A stretch of 63,899 nt of DNA, the filler included, from Octopus bimaculoides (Eukaryota), in the NCBI RefSeq assembly GCF_001194135.2. It is 7 parts of 7 records of this genome, joined end to end, with 100 filler letters (N's around TTAATTAATTAA, not from the genome) between each part and the next. Parts side by side here need not be neighbours in the genome. Positions count along the whole stretch, not along the records: positions 1 to 12,457 come from NC_068987.1; 6 more parts are not named here. The stretch is one strand, 5' to 3'. Under the pieces are notes generated by a model. That model had not been told where the DNA came from. It did no database searches and saw only the letters and a list, made by a program, of their open reading frames with translations. The position numbers and the translations under genes were made by a program. Shown in pieces: positions 1-11,419 of the stretch (positions are counted from its first letter, which is position 1; each line of letters starts with the position of its first letter).

Positions 1-1428
1 ACACACACACACACACACATTCATTTCTGACATATCACTTCCACAGATGTACCCTGTTTCTATTTCTAGCAACTCGTAGCAGTTGTCAACATTTTGCATG
101 TAGTGAAGAATTATGTGTACCAACAACAAATCAAGTCCAGTGAATACATTATTTTTAACTATGAATCGATTCACTTATTTGTTTATTTCAAAGGCATACA
201 CATTCCTTTTGCATCTGTTTACCACGATACACATATAACACCCACACCTCTGTCGTCACGAAGATAGAGCTGTTGATTTCAGATATGTTGGGCTGACCGC
301 ATGTTGTATCGATAGCTTTCTATAACCTCAGAGCAGTATCTCTCTTCTCCCAGTTTGTAATTATTGCTGTTGTTAACTGTAAATGGCCTACGCAGACTGT
401 CTTTATGTGCGACAGTAAATACTGCAGTTAAACGTTCGTTTAAATTATTTTTTCACGCAGCCAAGAAATATATTTTCAATCACCAATTCACCCTCGGCAC
501 AGCAAGCAACCAGGACCTCTAATAACATGTCTATTCCTCTTTTAAGATAGGCCTAATTTGCAATAGATAGATATGGCTGTTATTCCAAGCAGTCTGTGCA
601 TCCGCGTAGAAATCACCCACTAGCAATATTACTGTGTGGGTGAAAGATCAAACAAAACATAGTAAATATACATAATGAATATATATACTTTGACGGGATT
701 CGAACCTGCAATTGGCGACAAAGATTTTTTTGTATGTTGTTATTGTTTAATCCCAGGTCAACATTATTTCGAGTTGACCTATGGTTAAAGATATTCCAGC
801 TACGGCCATTCTCTTTTTCCCTATGTGCAAAGATTCAGAGCTACGCTATCCGACATGTCCTCTTTCAAGACAATTGTAGAGAATGATATGAGGGAAATAT
901 GGCTGCTATTTTAAGCAGCTCGGGCTCCATCAACGTAGAGGTTACTCCCTTGGCACATTTTGCTATTAATGTTTTCATAGAATAATTCAAAGTAAATCCT
1001 TTTTACAGTGAGATCGCTGAAAGAAAACCTTTGAGGCTTTTTTCCTATAAATTTTCACGTAAATAATGAGTGTAACGTTTAAAGTAAACAAGGCGAAAGC
1101 CATTTTTTTTTTTTGTTAGCGTTACAAATAGATTCCTTTGTGAAAAGAAAACTGTCTTGAAATATCATTATTGCAATTCTACCGACCGGCTGTATTAGTT
1201 GCGCTTGTGATCCTACATAATTTGTTATTGTTAATGGTGGCAAGGAGTTGTAAAAAAATGGGCGAGAATGGGGCTGTTTGCGTTGCAAGTAGCCTCGTGG
1301 GACCACCACACAACCATATGAAATAACAAGCCAGCATAAGAGCCTCTGCTTAATCTGTTAGAAATAGCAGCCGAATTTCTTACAAATCACCAGTAAGAAA
1401 ATGGGAATGTCGCATATGCAAAACTTTT

Positions 1429-2405
1429 GGATCTTTGGGGTTTGACGGGCAACATTTGTTTTCTTAACGAAACACTTTCAAACTTGGGACACTGGTAGAA
1501 TGTGTCATATAAAACAACTTCTTCTCTTAACCTTAACAAAATTTTGTACATCGCAAGTTATTTCATGTTAAAGTTGTCGTATTTCTGTAATTTCAACCAA
1601 TCACTGACGTCTATTCAGCTGAATACAATTACTGCTGTTCGGTGTCAAGTGTGTTATTCCCTGTTTAATTATATCATTATTCCCTAGTAAGGGTTTAGGG
1701 TTTTNNNNNNNNNNNNNNNNNNNNNNNNNNNNNNNNNNNNNNNNNNNNNNNNNNNNNNNNNNNNNNNNNNNNNNNNNNNNNNNNNNNNNNNNNNNNNNNN
1801 NNNNNNNNNNNNNNNNNNNNNNNNNNNNNNNNNNNNNNNNNNNNNNNNNNNNNNNNNNNNNNNNNNNNNNNNNNNNNNNNNNNNNNNNNNNNNNNNNNNN
1901 NNNNNNNNNNNNNNNNNNNNNNNNNNNNNNNNNNNNNNNNNNNNNNNNNNNNNNNNNNNNNNNNNNNNNNNNNNNNNNNNNNNNNNNNNNNNNNNNNNNN
2001 NNNNNNNNNNNNNNNNNNNNNNNNNNNNNNNNNNNNNNNNNNNNNNNNNNNNNNNNNNNNNNNNNNNNNNNNNNNNNNNNNNNNNNNNNNNNNNNNNNNN
2101 NNNNNNNNNCGAACGATGTCATAAATAAGAGTAACACGGGTAGTTGTTGACAAACAACGGGACTAATTTTATTCAAGGGAAAAGATCCCATGACACCGTT
2201 ACGGCATTAATTGTTTTCACCTCAATAGACGTCAGTGATTGGTTGAAATTACCGAAATACGACAATTTTTTACATAAAATAACTTCGAATACAAAATTTT
2301 TTATCTGTTCTATACCACAAAATATACAAATATTCGAAGTTTGAAAGTGTTTCGGTACCAAAAACACTACAAAAAAAAATGTTGCCCGTCAAACCCCAAA
2401 GATCC
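1429..2405. mobile_element. Non-autonomous DNA transposon with long imperfect TIRs (GG...CC ends, 8-bp TSD; Merlin- or MULE-like)
   Basis: Left end GGATCTTTGGGGTTTGACGGGCAAC (1429) is the reverse complement of the right end GTTGCCCGTCAAACCCCAAAGATCC (2405). Similarity continues ~200 bp inward (AACCAATCACTGACGTCTATT / AATAGACGTCAGTGATTGGTT). AAACTTTT is duplicated at 1421-1428 and 2406-2413. The centre is an N gap. Confidence 0.8.
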
Positions 2406-2461
2406 AAACTTTTGATTTGTTCGATCAGGGATGGACTGGAGATAAGCAACAACTAATTTTT

Positions 2462-2660
2462 TCCCCCCTTTGAATATATATTATAGAACAATTTCTGACA
2501 ACACCGGAAATTTGGTGGACGAAGTTAGATCATTAAGTACTTAAGATATTTTGTTTTCTCGATCTTGGAAGGATAAAAGGCAAAGTTAACCTCGGTGGGG
2601 TTTGAATTCAGAACACAACGAGCCGGAACAAATTGACGCTCAAAGACTCCACCAACGCAC
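2462..2660 (-). mobile_element. SINE, family B (GGCGGCGAGCTGGCAGAA head; GCCTTTCATCCTTTCGGGGTCGATAAA core), degenerate
   Basis: Reverse complement aligns by eye to the better copy at 56852-57075. Confidence 0.6.
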
Positions 2661-3941
2661 CATTATTTCCACAGCAAAAAAAAGTAAATGGAGTACTGAG
2701 ATGTCATTATTGGAGAAGTGAAATAATTTCGGGCGACGTTTGAAATAATTTCTCAGTCCTCCGTTCATGACGTGACAGAGATATAATTCTATGTATGTTT
2801 ATTGCACAAGCAATAACAGATTTTGTTCTGCATTTTAAGGTAGAAGAGAGTAAACATGCAGTTTAAAATTAAAGTACATTGATTGAAAGTGACATCCCGT
2901 AATTTTATAGAGAACTAGTGAAATTCCTTAATATCATTAACAGAACACCATCATTATGTTGTATCTACATGCACTTTCTTGTTTAGTATCTTCAGATAAA
3001 AACAGCTGAGGTTCACCATCACAACGCGTTTGTTATGTTACACGCATTGTTTACATGAAATTACCAGATGCAACTAATTACTTCCGATCAATTTACTTTA
3101 ATATGTTTTTTAAACACCTAAACTGAACGTTAACCGAAGAGATTGCACTACTACGGCCATCGTAACTTTTTCAAGGCTGATTAGAAGTCGAAATCGTATA
3201 AAATGAGCTCCAACCGACGATTTGAGCAGACTTTTGATCAAAATTCTTCCGACCATGACAGTTGTGACTTGCTCGTATACATCCAACGTGTCCTTTCCAT
3301 TCGCAAGACAGAAAGACGTTATTTGAGGAAGATTTAGCTACTATTTTTGCAGGTCGGATGACCAGACAAACGCTCCTCCTGCCGAGGACATAATTCTTTC
3401 CCTGAAATACTCATACCCACAGCTTATGAGAGGAATGAGGATTCAACCGATTCATTGGTCTGGGGCCCGGAGAGCCAAGTGGTGGGGGAAGAAGTTGGAG
3501 AAGTGGTTATGTGTATTTGTGACATTGGTAAGCATGCCCCATATCCTTTCTAGGGATGTCTGAAAGCAACCTGTTTCCCAGAGTAGTTAAAAATATTGAT
3601 TTTTTTTTATATTCGTATCTGTACCTACTACAGTTACTTATGATCAGGACCCTGGAGAAATGAAAGGCTTAGTTGCCTCTGGCGGGATCGGGGAGAGGAA
3701 TGAACTCGGAATGTAAAAGGACGAATCTGAATATTTATTTGATGTACTCAAGTCCTTTCAGAAGTTACTTGAATGGATTTCAGTATATCACTGTTACATA
3801 TTTTATCGAATTCGGAAGATGGAAAGCAAAGCAGATACCGGCGAGATATGAACTCAAGAAAGGAAATAACTAAACACATTGAGAATTTAATCCGGCACGC
3901 TAACGTTTTCGCCTTTTCACCATCTACTCATATAACATATT

Positions 3942-4266
3942 GTGAAGGTGCGTAGCTTAGTGGTTAAGGCATTCGGCTCAGGATCGTAAAGTCGTGAGTT
4001 CAATTCCCGGCGATGCGTTGTGTCCTTAAGCAAGACACTTTATTTCACGTTGCTCCAGTCCACGTAGCTGGCAAAAATGAGCAGTACCTGTATTTCAAAG
4101 AGCTAGCTTTGTCACACTCTGTGTCACGCTGAACCTCCCTGAGAACTACGTTATTGGTACACGTGTCTGTAGAGTGCTCAGCTACTTGCACGTTAATTTC
4201 ACGAACAAGCTGTTCCGTTGATCGTACCAGCTGGGACCCTCGTCGTCGTAACCGACGGAGTGCTCC
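3942..4266 (+). mobile_element. tRNA-derived SINE, family A type 1
   Basis: tRNA-like head with A box (TAGCTTAGTGG) and B box (GAGTTCAATTCC), central TGTCCTTAAGCAAGACACTT...TGCTCCAGTCCAC domain, 3' tail shared with 4271-4626 and 10098-10624. Confidence 0.85.
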
Positions 4267-4270
4267 TTTT

Positions 4271-4626
4271 GTGGAGGTGCAATGGCCTAGTGGTTAGGGC
4301 AGCGGACTCGCGGTCGTAGGATCGTGGTTTCGATTCCCAGTCCGGGTGTTGTGAGTGTTTGTTGAGCAGGGGGTAGTGATGAACCCTCTTGTAACCTGTC
4401 ACCACAACTTTCTCTCACTCTTTCTTTCTGTTTCTGTTGTATCTGTATTTCAAAAGGCCAAACTTGTCACACTTTGTGTCACGCTGAATCTCCCCGAGAA
4501 CTACGTTAAGGGTACACGTGTCTGTGGAGTGCTCAGCCACTTGCACTAGTTTCATGAGCAGGCTGTTCCGTTGATCGGATCAAGTGGAACCCTCGTCATC
4601 GTAACTGACGGAGTGCCACGACGACG
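4271..4626 (+). mobile_element. tRNA-derived SINE, family A type 2 (tRNA-Arg-like head, octopus OR-like)
   Basis: Head GTGGAGGTGCAATGGCCTAGTGGTTAGGGCAGCGGACTCGCGG...GGTTTCGATTCCC; same 3' tail as 3942-4266, ending ACGGAGTGCC(ACG)n. Confidence 0.85.
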
Positions 4627-4638
4627 ATATAACATATT

Positions 4639-5012
4639 AGGTTCAAATTTTGGTACAAGATCAGCAATTTCGGGTGAAGGGATAGTCGATTACATCAACC
4701 TCAGTATTCAACTTGTACTTATTTTATCGACTTCCAAAGGATGAAAGGCGAAGTCGACCTCGGCGGCATTTGAACTCAAAGTAAAGACGGACGAAATGCC
4801 GCCATGTATTTTGCTCGGCGAACTAACGATTCTGTCAGATTGCCGCTTTACCTACTCATATAATATATTGGGTTCAAATTTTGGCACACGGCCAGTAATT
4901 TCGGAGAAGAGGTAAATCGATTACATCGACTCCAGTACTCAACTGGTACTTATTTTATCCACTCTGAAAGGATGAAAGGCAAAATCGACTCCAGCGGTAT
5001 TTGAACTCAGAA
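4639..5012 (-). mobile_element. Two tandem family B SINE copies
   Basis: Two head-to-tail units each starting GGTTCAAATTTTGG(T/C)AC and containing TACTTATTTTATC...GGATGAAAGGC...TTTGAACTCA. Confidence 0.75.
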
Positions 5013-5865
5013 ATACATTGTATAAGCCAGTGAATAAGCATCTACGTGGTCGCACGGCCAGCTAGATATATCGGCCAAATCTTCCTCAAATCAGATCCTG
5101 CCATCTTAAAAATGAACAAACTGGATAATGTAATCTTAGATTTACAATGTCTGAACCACCACTGTTAAAAAAGACAAAACGATGAATTCCGAAACTTTAT
5201 TGACTATTGATCTGTCCACCCAGAGCTGACACGGTGAAACAATACATTAACAATTGCGAATATTGTCATTTCTGCCTGGGACTGTACACTTTGTATACTA
5301 AAATTTCATTTTACGTCTATATCTGTAATTTGTTGTTTTTAATGTTTCACTGTTATTATTGAGGTCCTGCTATCTAGTCTGACATGACAGTAAAAACGTC
5401 GCTCGAGTTACCAGCTGACTTCAGACTTTTGCTGCCTTTTATTTATTTATTTATTTTGATATGGTTAGTTTCTAGATTCTTAACCAAGAATCGAAACCAT
5501 AGCCTAATTTTTTTCTGTAAGCGCTTTACGTTTGTTCTAGACATCCAGCTTTCGAGCGTGTATAAATTCGAACCAGCTCCGGATATTTTCGGACAGTTTG
5601 TTCTTGCTCTTCGACGACGCACGTCTATCACTTCAAAGCATCTATCTTTTTTTTTTTTACTGACACAAACATTACCAACAGTTGTGCGAACATCGTTCTC
5701 TTACCACTGGAAAACAGCCGACTACTATAAACTCTGTACACTGTCTCTAATAGGACGACTTTGACGGATGAACAAAATCTTTATTTTTTTCTTCTGTCAG
5801 TCCATTTTGGTGTATATCTCACTGTCCCTTCTATCAATACTAATCACCACTGCATCCGTTACATC

Positions 5866-6152
5866 TGTAGGCGCATTATCCTCTTAACAGTTGACAGAGA
5901 TAGAGGACGTTACACAACATTAAGTTTCAGACACGTGACCTCATCTCTTCCTCTTTCTGCGCTGGATCTCGAACTGTAAAGATATGATCTAGTCTCTCTC
6001 AACACACACCAGCTAGCAGATAGGAGCATAGCACAGAAGACCATGGCCTTTATGCACCAACCAATTTATGTATCATTCCATTGTGTATATACGTGTGGCA
6101 ACAATAAACGTGTTACAACCTTGCTTGTATATATTCTTCATCCGGGTTTACA
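5866..6152 (+). mobile_element. Possible solo LTR
   Basis: TGTAGG...TTTACA ends and an AATAAA near the 3' end; no TSD found. Confidence 0.3.
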
Positions 6153-6889
6153 CTTAACGAGATAACAGCCTTCTGAGAGTCATATTAGGTGGCTCAACGA
6201 CGATCAACACCATCTAAACATCTATCAGTATCATATAGCCGTTACAATTTATTTTCCAACTCTGCAACAATAAGGTTTAGGTGTTTGATCAGTGGTGGAA
6301 TATGCGGAACAATTTATTGGCATAAGTAACATGTAATAATTACATTCTTGGTTTAAATCTCAATCGAATGTTAATAAAACCCTCTGACCTATTGCTGCCA
6401 ATTCAATCGCCTAGATCTCTTCCCAACGTATTTATGATTCTATCAACTGTTCACCACTTAGTTGTCTGCAACCTGAAACTATCTACAGCAGGGAGAACTC
6501 ACAAAACTAGTAAGCCTAGTACGACTTACAGGATAAAGTGGGAAGCTTTGGCAGATGATGGGATTAGTAACAAATATACGAACGCTACTGCATTCAAATT
6601 TCAGAGAACTTCTTAAACAAACTGACCAAGTCGAAAACGGAGTGGAGATTGTTTTGCTCGGTAGTTTCTTCTTCGGCTGTACAATACTGTGGACAAAAGC
6701 AGTTCGGTGTAATGCCAGGTGATGAAAGGACAGACCATCCGCCAACTTTATAACAAGAAGCACTTTTCCACACCAGCCATTAAAAACTCGGCTGTGATTT
6801 TTTTTTTCTACAGAGAAAAACATCCTTGAGAGGTAGAGAAAATTCTTTGCTGATCTTCTAAATCCAGTCATGATAAAATATGATGAACA

Positions 6890-9204
6890 TGTAGTAACGC
6901 CGTGCGCATGCGTAGTCTCACGCATGCGTGGAATTAAACAAGCAAGCGTTCCCGCTCAATTCATTCTCTTTCTTGCTGGCCAGCAATAGAGCATGAACGT
7001 GTCAAGCAGTGTCTCTGACATTCCAACCTGGAGACAGTCTCTTTACGTGTATAGCTGTCACTCTCCATCTTTCGGACTTACACTCGACAGCTCGCTCACA
7101 TCTACATAACAACGTCCCAACAACTATACTCACACACATAGAAGCTGTAACAACAAGAGATAAAGATGTATATATTTACCACCTGAATAAATGTTGTTTA
7201 AGTTGATAGTCTGGAGTTCAGCGTTCCGTTATATTCTTAATTTTATATAGGAAAGTCAGGTATACATCTAACGATGTATAACCAACTTTCCTATACTGGT
7301 GACCCCCGACGTGATTCGAACACGCAGCCCGCTGAGCTGCAATAACCCACTTTCTTATAAAGTGGTGATTCGACGAAGAAACAAACGCAGCATGGACTCT
7401 GGACTACCAACTTATAACTGGTGAACCCGACTAAAGAACAAATGCGGCCATGGAGACTGAACTACTAACCAGCATCATCGTCATGACCAACACGATTACT
7501 ACGCCACCAATATCTCCAACCATGCTCAACACGACTGAACTACGTATTACCAACATCAACGAGCGCGGTTTTTTTTTCTCGCCTCTGTTAGAGTGGATTT
7601 TTCCACCCACGATAAACAGACAAGAATTACAGCCTGCGACTTTCCAATTGTGTACTCAAAAAACTTGGTATAAAACTCACGTGTTCTGACTTTCTTTCTG
7701 CTGTGATATCTCACATACATATAGACGGCCTGTTTTTTATTATATTCTTATATGTCGCATTCACACTCTCACATACACATACATCTTTTATGCCACACTA
7801 AATAACTCTTGTTATTCATTTCATACGGTTGTCTTTTCTATCGTCTCATTACTGGTATTTACGAATTCACTAATGTTCGTAGTATAACATAATTACTTGT
7901 ATATCATCTTTGATATATATTTTGGTGTTCGACCGTGTGACACGTTTAAATAAAAGGAGTCCTCTGTTATTCCATTCGTCACCANNNNNNNNNNNNNNNN
8001 NNNNNNNNNNNNNNNNNNNNNNNNNNNNNNNNNNNNNNNNNNNNNNNNNNNNNNNNNNNNNNNNNNNNNNNNNNNNNNNNNNNNNNNNNNNNNNNNNNNN
8101 NNNNNNNNNNNNNNNNNNNNNNNNNNNNNNNNNNNNNNNNNNNNNNNNNNNNNNNNNNNNNNNNNNNNNNNNNNNNNNNNNNNNNNNNNNNNNNNNNNNN
8201 NNNNNNNNNNNNNNNNNNNNNNNNNNNNNNNNNNNNNNNNNNNNNNNNNNNNNNNNNNNNNNNNNNNNNNNNNNNNNNNNNNNNNNNNNNNNNNNNNNNN
8301 NNNNNNNNNNNNNNNNNNNNNNNNNNNNNNNNNNNNNNNNNNNNNNNNNNNNNNNNNNNNNNNNNNNNNNNNNNNNNNNNNNNNNNNNNNNNNNNNNNNN
8401 NNNNNNNNNNNNNNNNNNNNNNNNNNNNNNNNNNNNNNNNNNNNNNNNNNNNNNNNNNNNNNNNNNNNNNNNNNNNNNNNNNNNNNNNNNNNNNNNNNNN
8501 NNNNNNNNNNNNNNNNNNNNNNNNNNNNNNNNNNNNNNNNNNNNNNNNNNNNNNNNNNNNNNNNNNNNNNNNNNNNNNNNNNNNNNNNNNNNNNNNNNNN
8601 NNNNNNNNNNNNNNNNNNNNNNNNNNNNNNNNNNNNNNNNNNNNNNNNNNNNNNNNNNNNNNNNNNNNNNNNNNNNNNNNNNNNNNNNNNNNNNNNNNNN
8701 NNNNNNNNNNNNNNNNNNNNNNNNNNNNNNNNNNNNNNNNNNNNNNNNNNNNNNNNNNNNNNNNNNNNNNNNNNNNNNNNNNNNNGGCAAGGGAGCCCTG
8801 TAGTAACGCCGTGCGCATGCGTAGTCTCACGCATGCGTGGAATTAAACAAGCAAGCGTTCCCGCTCAATTCATTCTCTTTCTTGCTGGCCAGCAATAGAG
8901 CATGGACGTGTCAAGCAGTGTCTCTGACATTCCAACCTGGAGACAGTCTCTTTACGTGTATAGCTGTCACTCTCCATCTTTCGGACTTACACTCGACAGC
9001 TCGCTCACATCTACATAACAACGTCCCAGCAACTATACTCACACACATAGAAGCTGTAACAACAAGAGATAAAGATGTATATATTTACCACCTGAATAAA
9101 TGTTGTTTAAGTTGATAGTCTGGAGTTCAGCGTTCCGTTATATTCTTAATTTTATATAGGAAAGTCAGGTATACATCTAATGATGTTTCACCAACTTTCC
9201 TATA
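6890..9204 (+). mobile_element. LTR retroelement (Gypsy-like, apparently non-autonomous/TRIM-like): LTRs 6890-7295 and 8799-9204, PBS tRNA-Trp, PPT, 4-bp TSD
   Basis: Two 406-bp direct repeats TGTAG...CTATA differing at 5 positions. PBS TGGTGACCCCCGACGTGATTCGAAC at 7297. Purine-rich GGCAAGGGAGCCC before the 3' LTR. AACA at 6886-6889 and 9205-9208. No gag/pol motifs in the visible interior; 800 N inside. Confidence 0.9.
7297..7340 (+). promoter_or_regulatory. Primer-binding site complementary to the tRNA-Trp 3' end
   Basis: Matches the reverse complement of the conserved metazoan tRNA-Trp(CCA) 3' end (GGCTGCGTGTTCGAATCACGTCGGGGTCA-CCA) with one extra C. Confidence 0.85.
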
Positions 9205-10097
9205 AACATGAGGAGCATCAGTGGGGTGAAGACTAATATCACAAATGCTGAAATCATAAAAATAATTAATGTGATCAAATGTGACAAACCTCTGAGGAGG
9301 ATGAAATTTGACCTGAGAGACCTGTCACACCAAAGTAATGGAAATCCGGTGTGAAAATCCCAATTTTTAAAAAGGGAGATGAGAGCGTGCTCGTATTATA
9401 GAGGAATCTCCTTGTTAATTCTCTCCGGTAAAGTCAACGCTAGATATTTGGAAAAGAGATGTAGGGAAATCATCGAGACTAAGCTAACAGAAGAACAGTG
9501 TGGTTAACTTTTTTCATATTTGTGGTGCAGCTGTAGGTCAGTCTTTAGTTTCCTGTTAACAAGATAATGCGTTTTACGATTTTTGTGTAATGTAAGACTC
9601 TCGGAAAAACTTTTAGAGGTTTATTAAGGTAAATTATAATGGTTTCAAAGCAAGAGGATTCGCGTCGTAGAGTTTATAAACAGTTCTGTGCTTGTTTAAA
9701 GGTAACTCCTTTCTTCATGGCTGCCTACTAGTCCCTTTTCTCTCTCTGGATCAGTAGCGGCTCGTGTATAGGCACTGCAGAACTGCAGCACCCCCTATTT
9801 CCACTCGATATTATCGATAATATTTAATATAATGAGTCCTTTTTCCTTTAATTCTTCCTTTATACTTGTCCATTATATAATCCTTAAGCTTAATGTCAGT
9901 AACCATCTCCTAGTTTATGAAAATATACAGTTCCAGTGACGCGGTGTTTGGCTGTTGTGCGCATACTCATATGTCCGAAATAGGAAGCTGCACGTTAGGG
10001 AGAGAGAGCACTGTCGTTCACGCAGTGCCGGTGAAAGGTAGAGTTTCTTTTTGACTCCACGTGTGTTGTGCTTAAAAACGTGTATATATTCTTAAAT

Positions 10098-10624
10098 GTG
10101 GAGGCGCAATGGCCCAGTGGTTAGAGCAACGGACTCGCGGTCATAGGATCGCGGTTTCGATTCCCAGACCGGGCGTTGTGTGTGTTTATTGAGCGAAAAC
10201 ACCTAAAGCTCCACGAGGCTCCGGCAGGGGATGGTGGCGAACCTTTTATTTTAGATTTCCTGTAACCAGAAATACATTGTCAAATGTCATTTCCCTTCAT
10301 ATGTAAAACGGCAGCGTAATTTTGGTGAGATTTGGCTGTTGTCTGAAGCAGATCAAATAACCACATTAAAACTTAGGGATGGTGGCGAACCATGCTGTAC
10401 TCTTTCACTACAACTTTCTCTCACTCTTACTTCCTGTTTCTGTTGTAATTCAAAGGGTTAGCCTTGTCACACTGTGTCACGCTGAATATCCCTGAGAACT
10501 ACGTTAAGGGTACACGTGTCTGTGGAGTGCTCAGCCACTTGCACTAATTTCACGAGCAGGCTGTTCCGTTGATCAGATCAACTGGAACTCTCGACGTCGT
10601 AAGCGACGGAGTGCCAACAACAAC
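10098..10624 (+). mobile_element. Family A type 2 SINE carrying a 132-bp internal insertion
   Basis: Same head and tail as 4271-4626; GGGATGGTGGCGAACC duplicated at 10228-10243 and 10376-10391. Confidence 0.85.
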
Positions 10625-11419
10625 AATATTCTTGAATGTGATAAAGTGTAAAATTAGATCATTATCCTGCTTCCAGCTAGTGTTGTTGCCAGGATTTGAA
10701 AAATAGGGGAGATTTCCCCCCTTATTTTGTGATTTAGGAAGGATTTTTGAAAAACAAGGGACAATTCGCGGCGGTGTTCAGTGAACAAATTAAACACACT
10801 ACCCGGCAGTGACTAAAACGCGAACCTATCAAGTTTATGTATAAATTTTCTTTTTATATGTTTGTTTCCTTGTACACAATATTAAAACAACGGCTAAAAA
10901 TTTTCTGAAGAAGCACCCCCACTAATTTCATCTACATGCCGCCACTGCTCTGAATCTGCGCATGTAAACCACGAGACTTACCTGAAAGTTTGATATTCGT
11001 TAGATAACATTAATAACACAAAGCTGAAATTTAATAAGCGGTACAACATTAAATGATGGATAATGAAGAATGATTCTAAGATACAAATCGGTAACTTAAT
11101 GCATTTATCACAATTTGATTAACCACTTAATGAAAAAAGAGAATTAAACCGGATTATATTTTGACTTTTGTTCTTTAAAAGGTTGGGATATCCCGACCTT
11201 TTATACATCTAATTTTTATTTGCATGACCTAAGTATCAGTTTAAAGCTAATTTCTTTTGATTAGGTGCAATGTTAATTGTTTTTGTTAATAAAAGGTTTG
11301 AAGAGTCGTTCGAATAGATCCCAGTTTACGATGGCGTTCCCTCGTTGACGAGAACGTTTCCAAAATTTCTGACAACTAGAGGTTAGTGAGTTTGATTAGT
11401 GTGTAGAGAATCTCAAGTT

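Larger units (their letters stand above)
6450..9510 (+). mobile_element. RTE-clade LINE fragment, interrupted by an LTR element
   Basis: Upstream part translates to RIKWEAL...NILER*RKFFADLLNPV. Downstream part (9210-9510) gives KIPIFKKGDES..YYRGISLLILSGKVNARYLEKRCREIIETKLTEEQCG, the pre-RT motif of RTE ORF2. Many frameshifts. Confidence 0.75.

Noticed and set aside
1688-1704. Telomere-like TAAGGGTTTAGGG
   Set aside because: Only two imperfect units inside a TIR element.
3942-4020. tRNA genes at SINE heads (also 4271, 10098, 43045, 50578) and a B-box fragment at ~690
   Set aside because: No complete cloverleaf; continuous with SINE bodies.
7285-7470. CRISPR-like repeat-spacer appearance
   Set aside because: Units are degenerate along their whole length, lie at an LTR PBS, and the context is eukaryotic with no cas genes.
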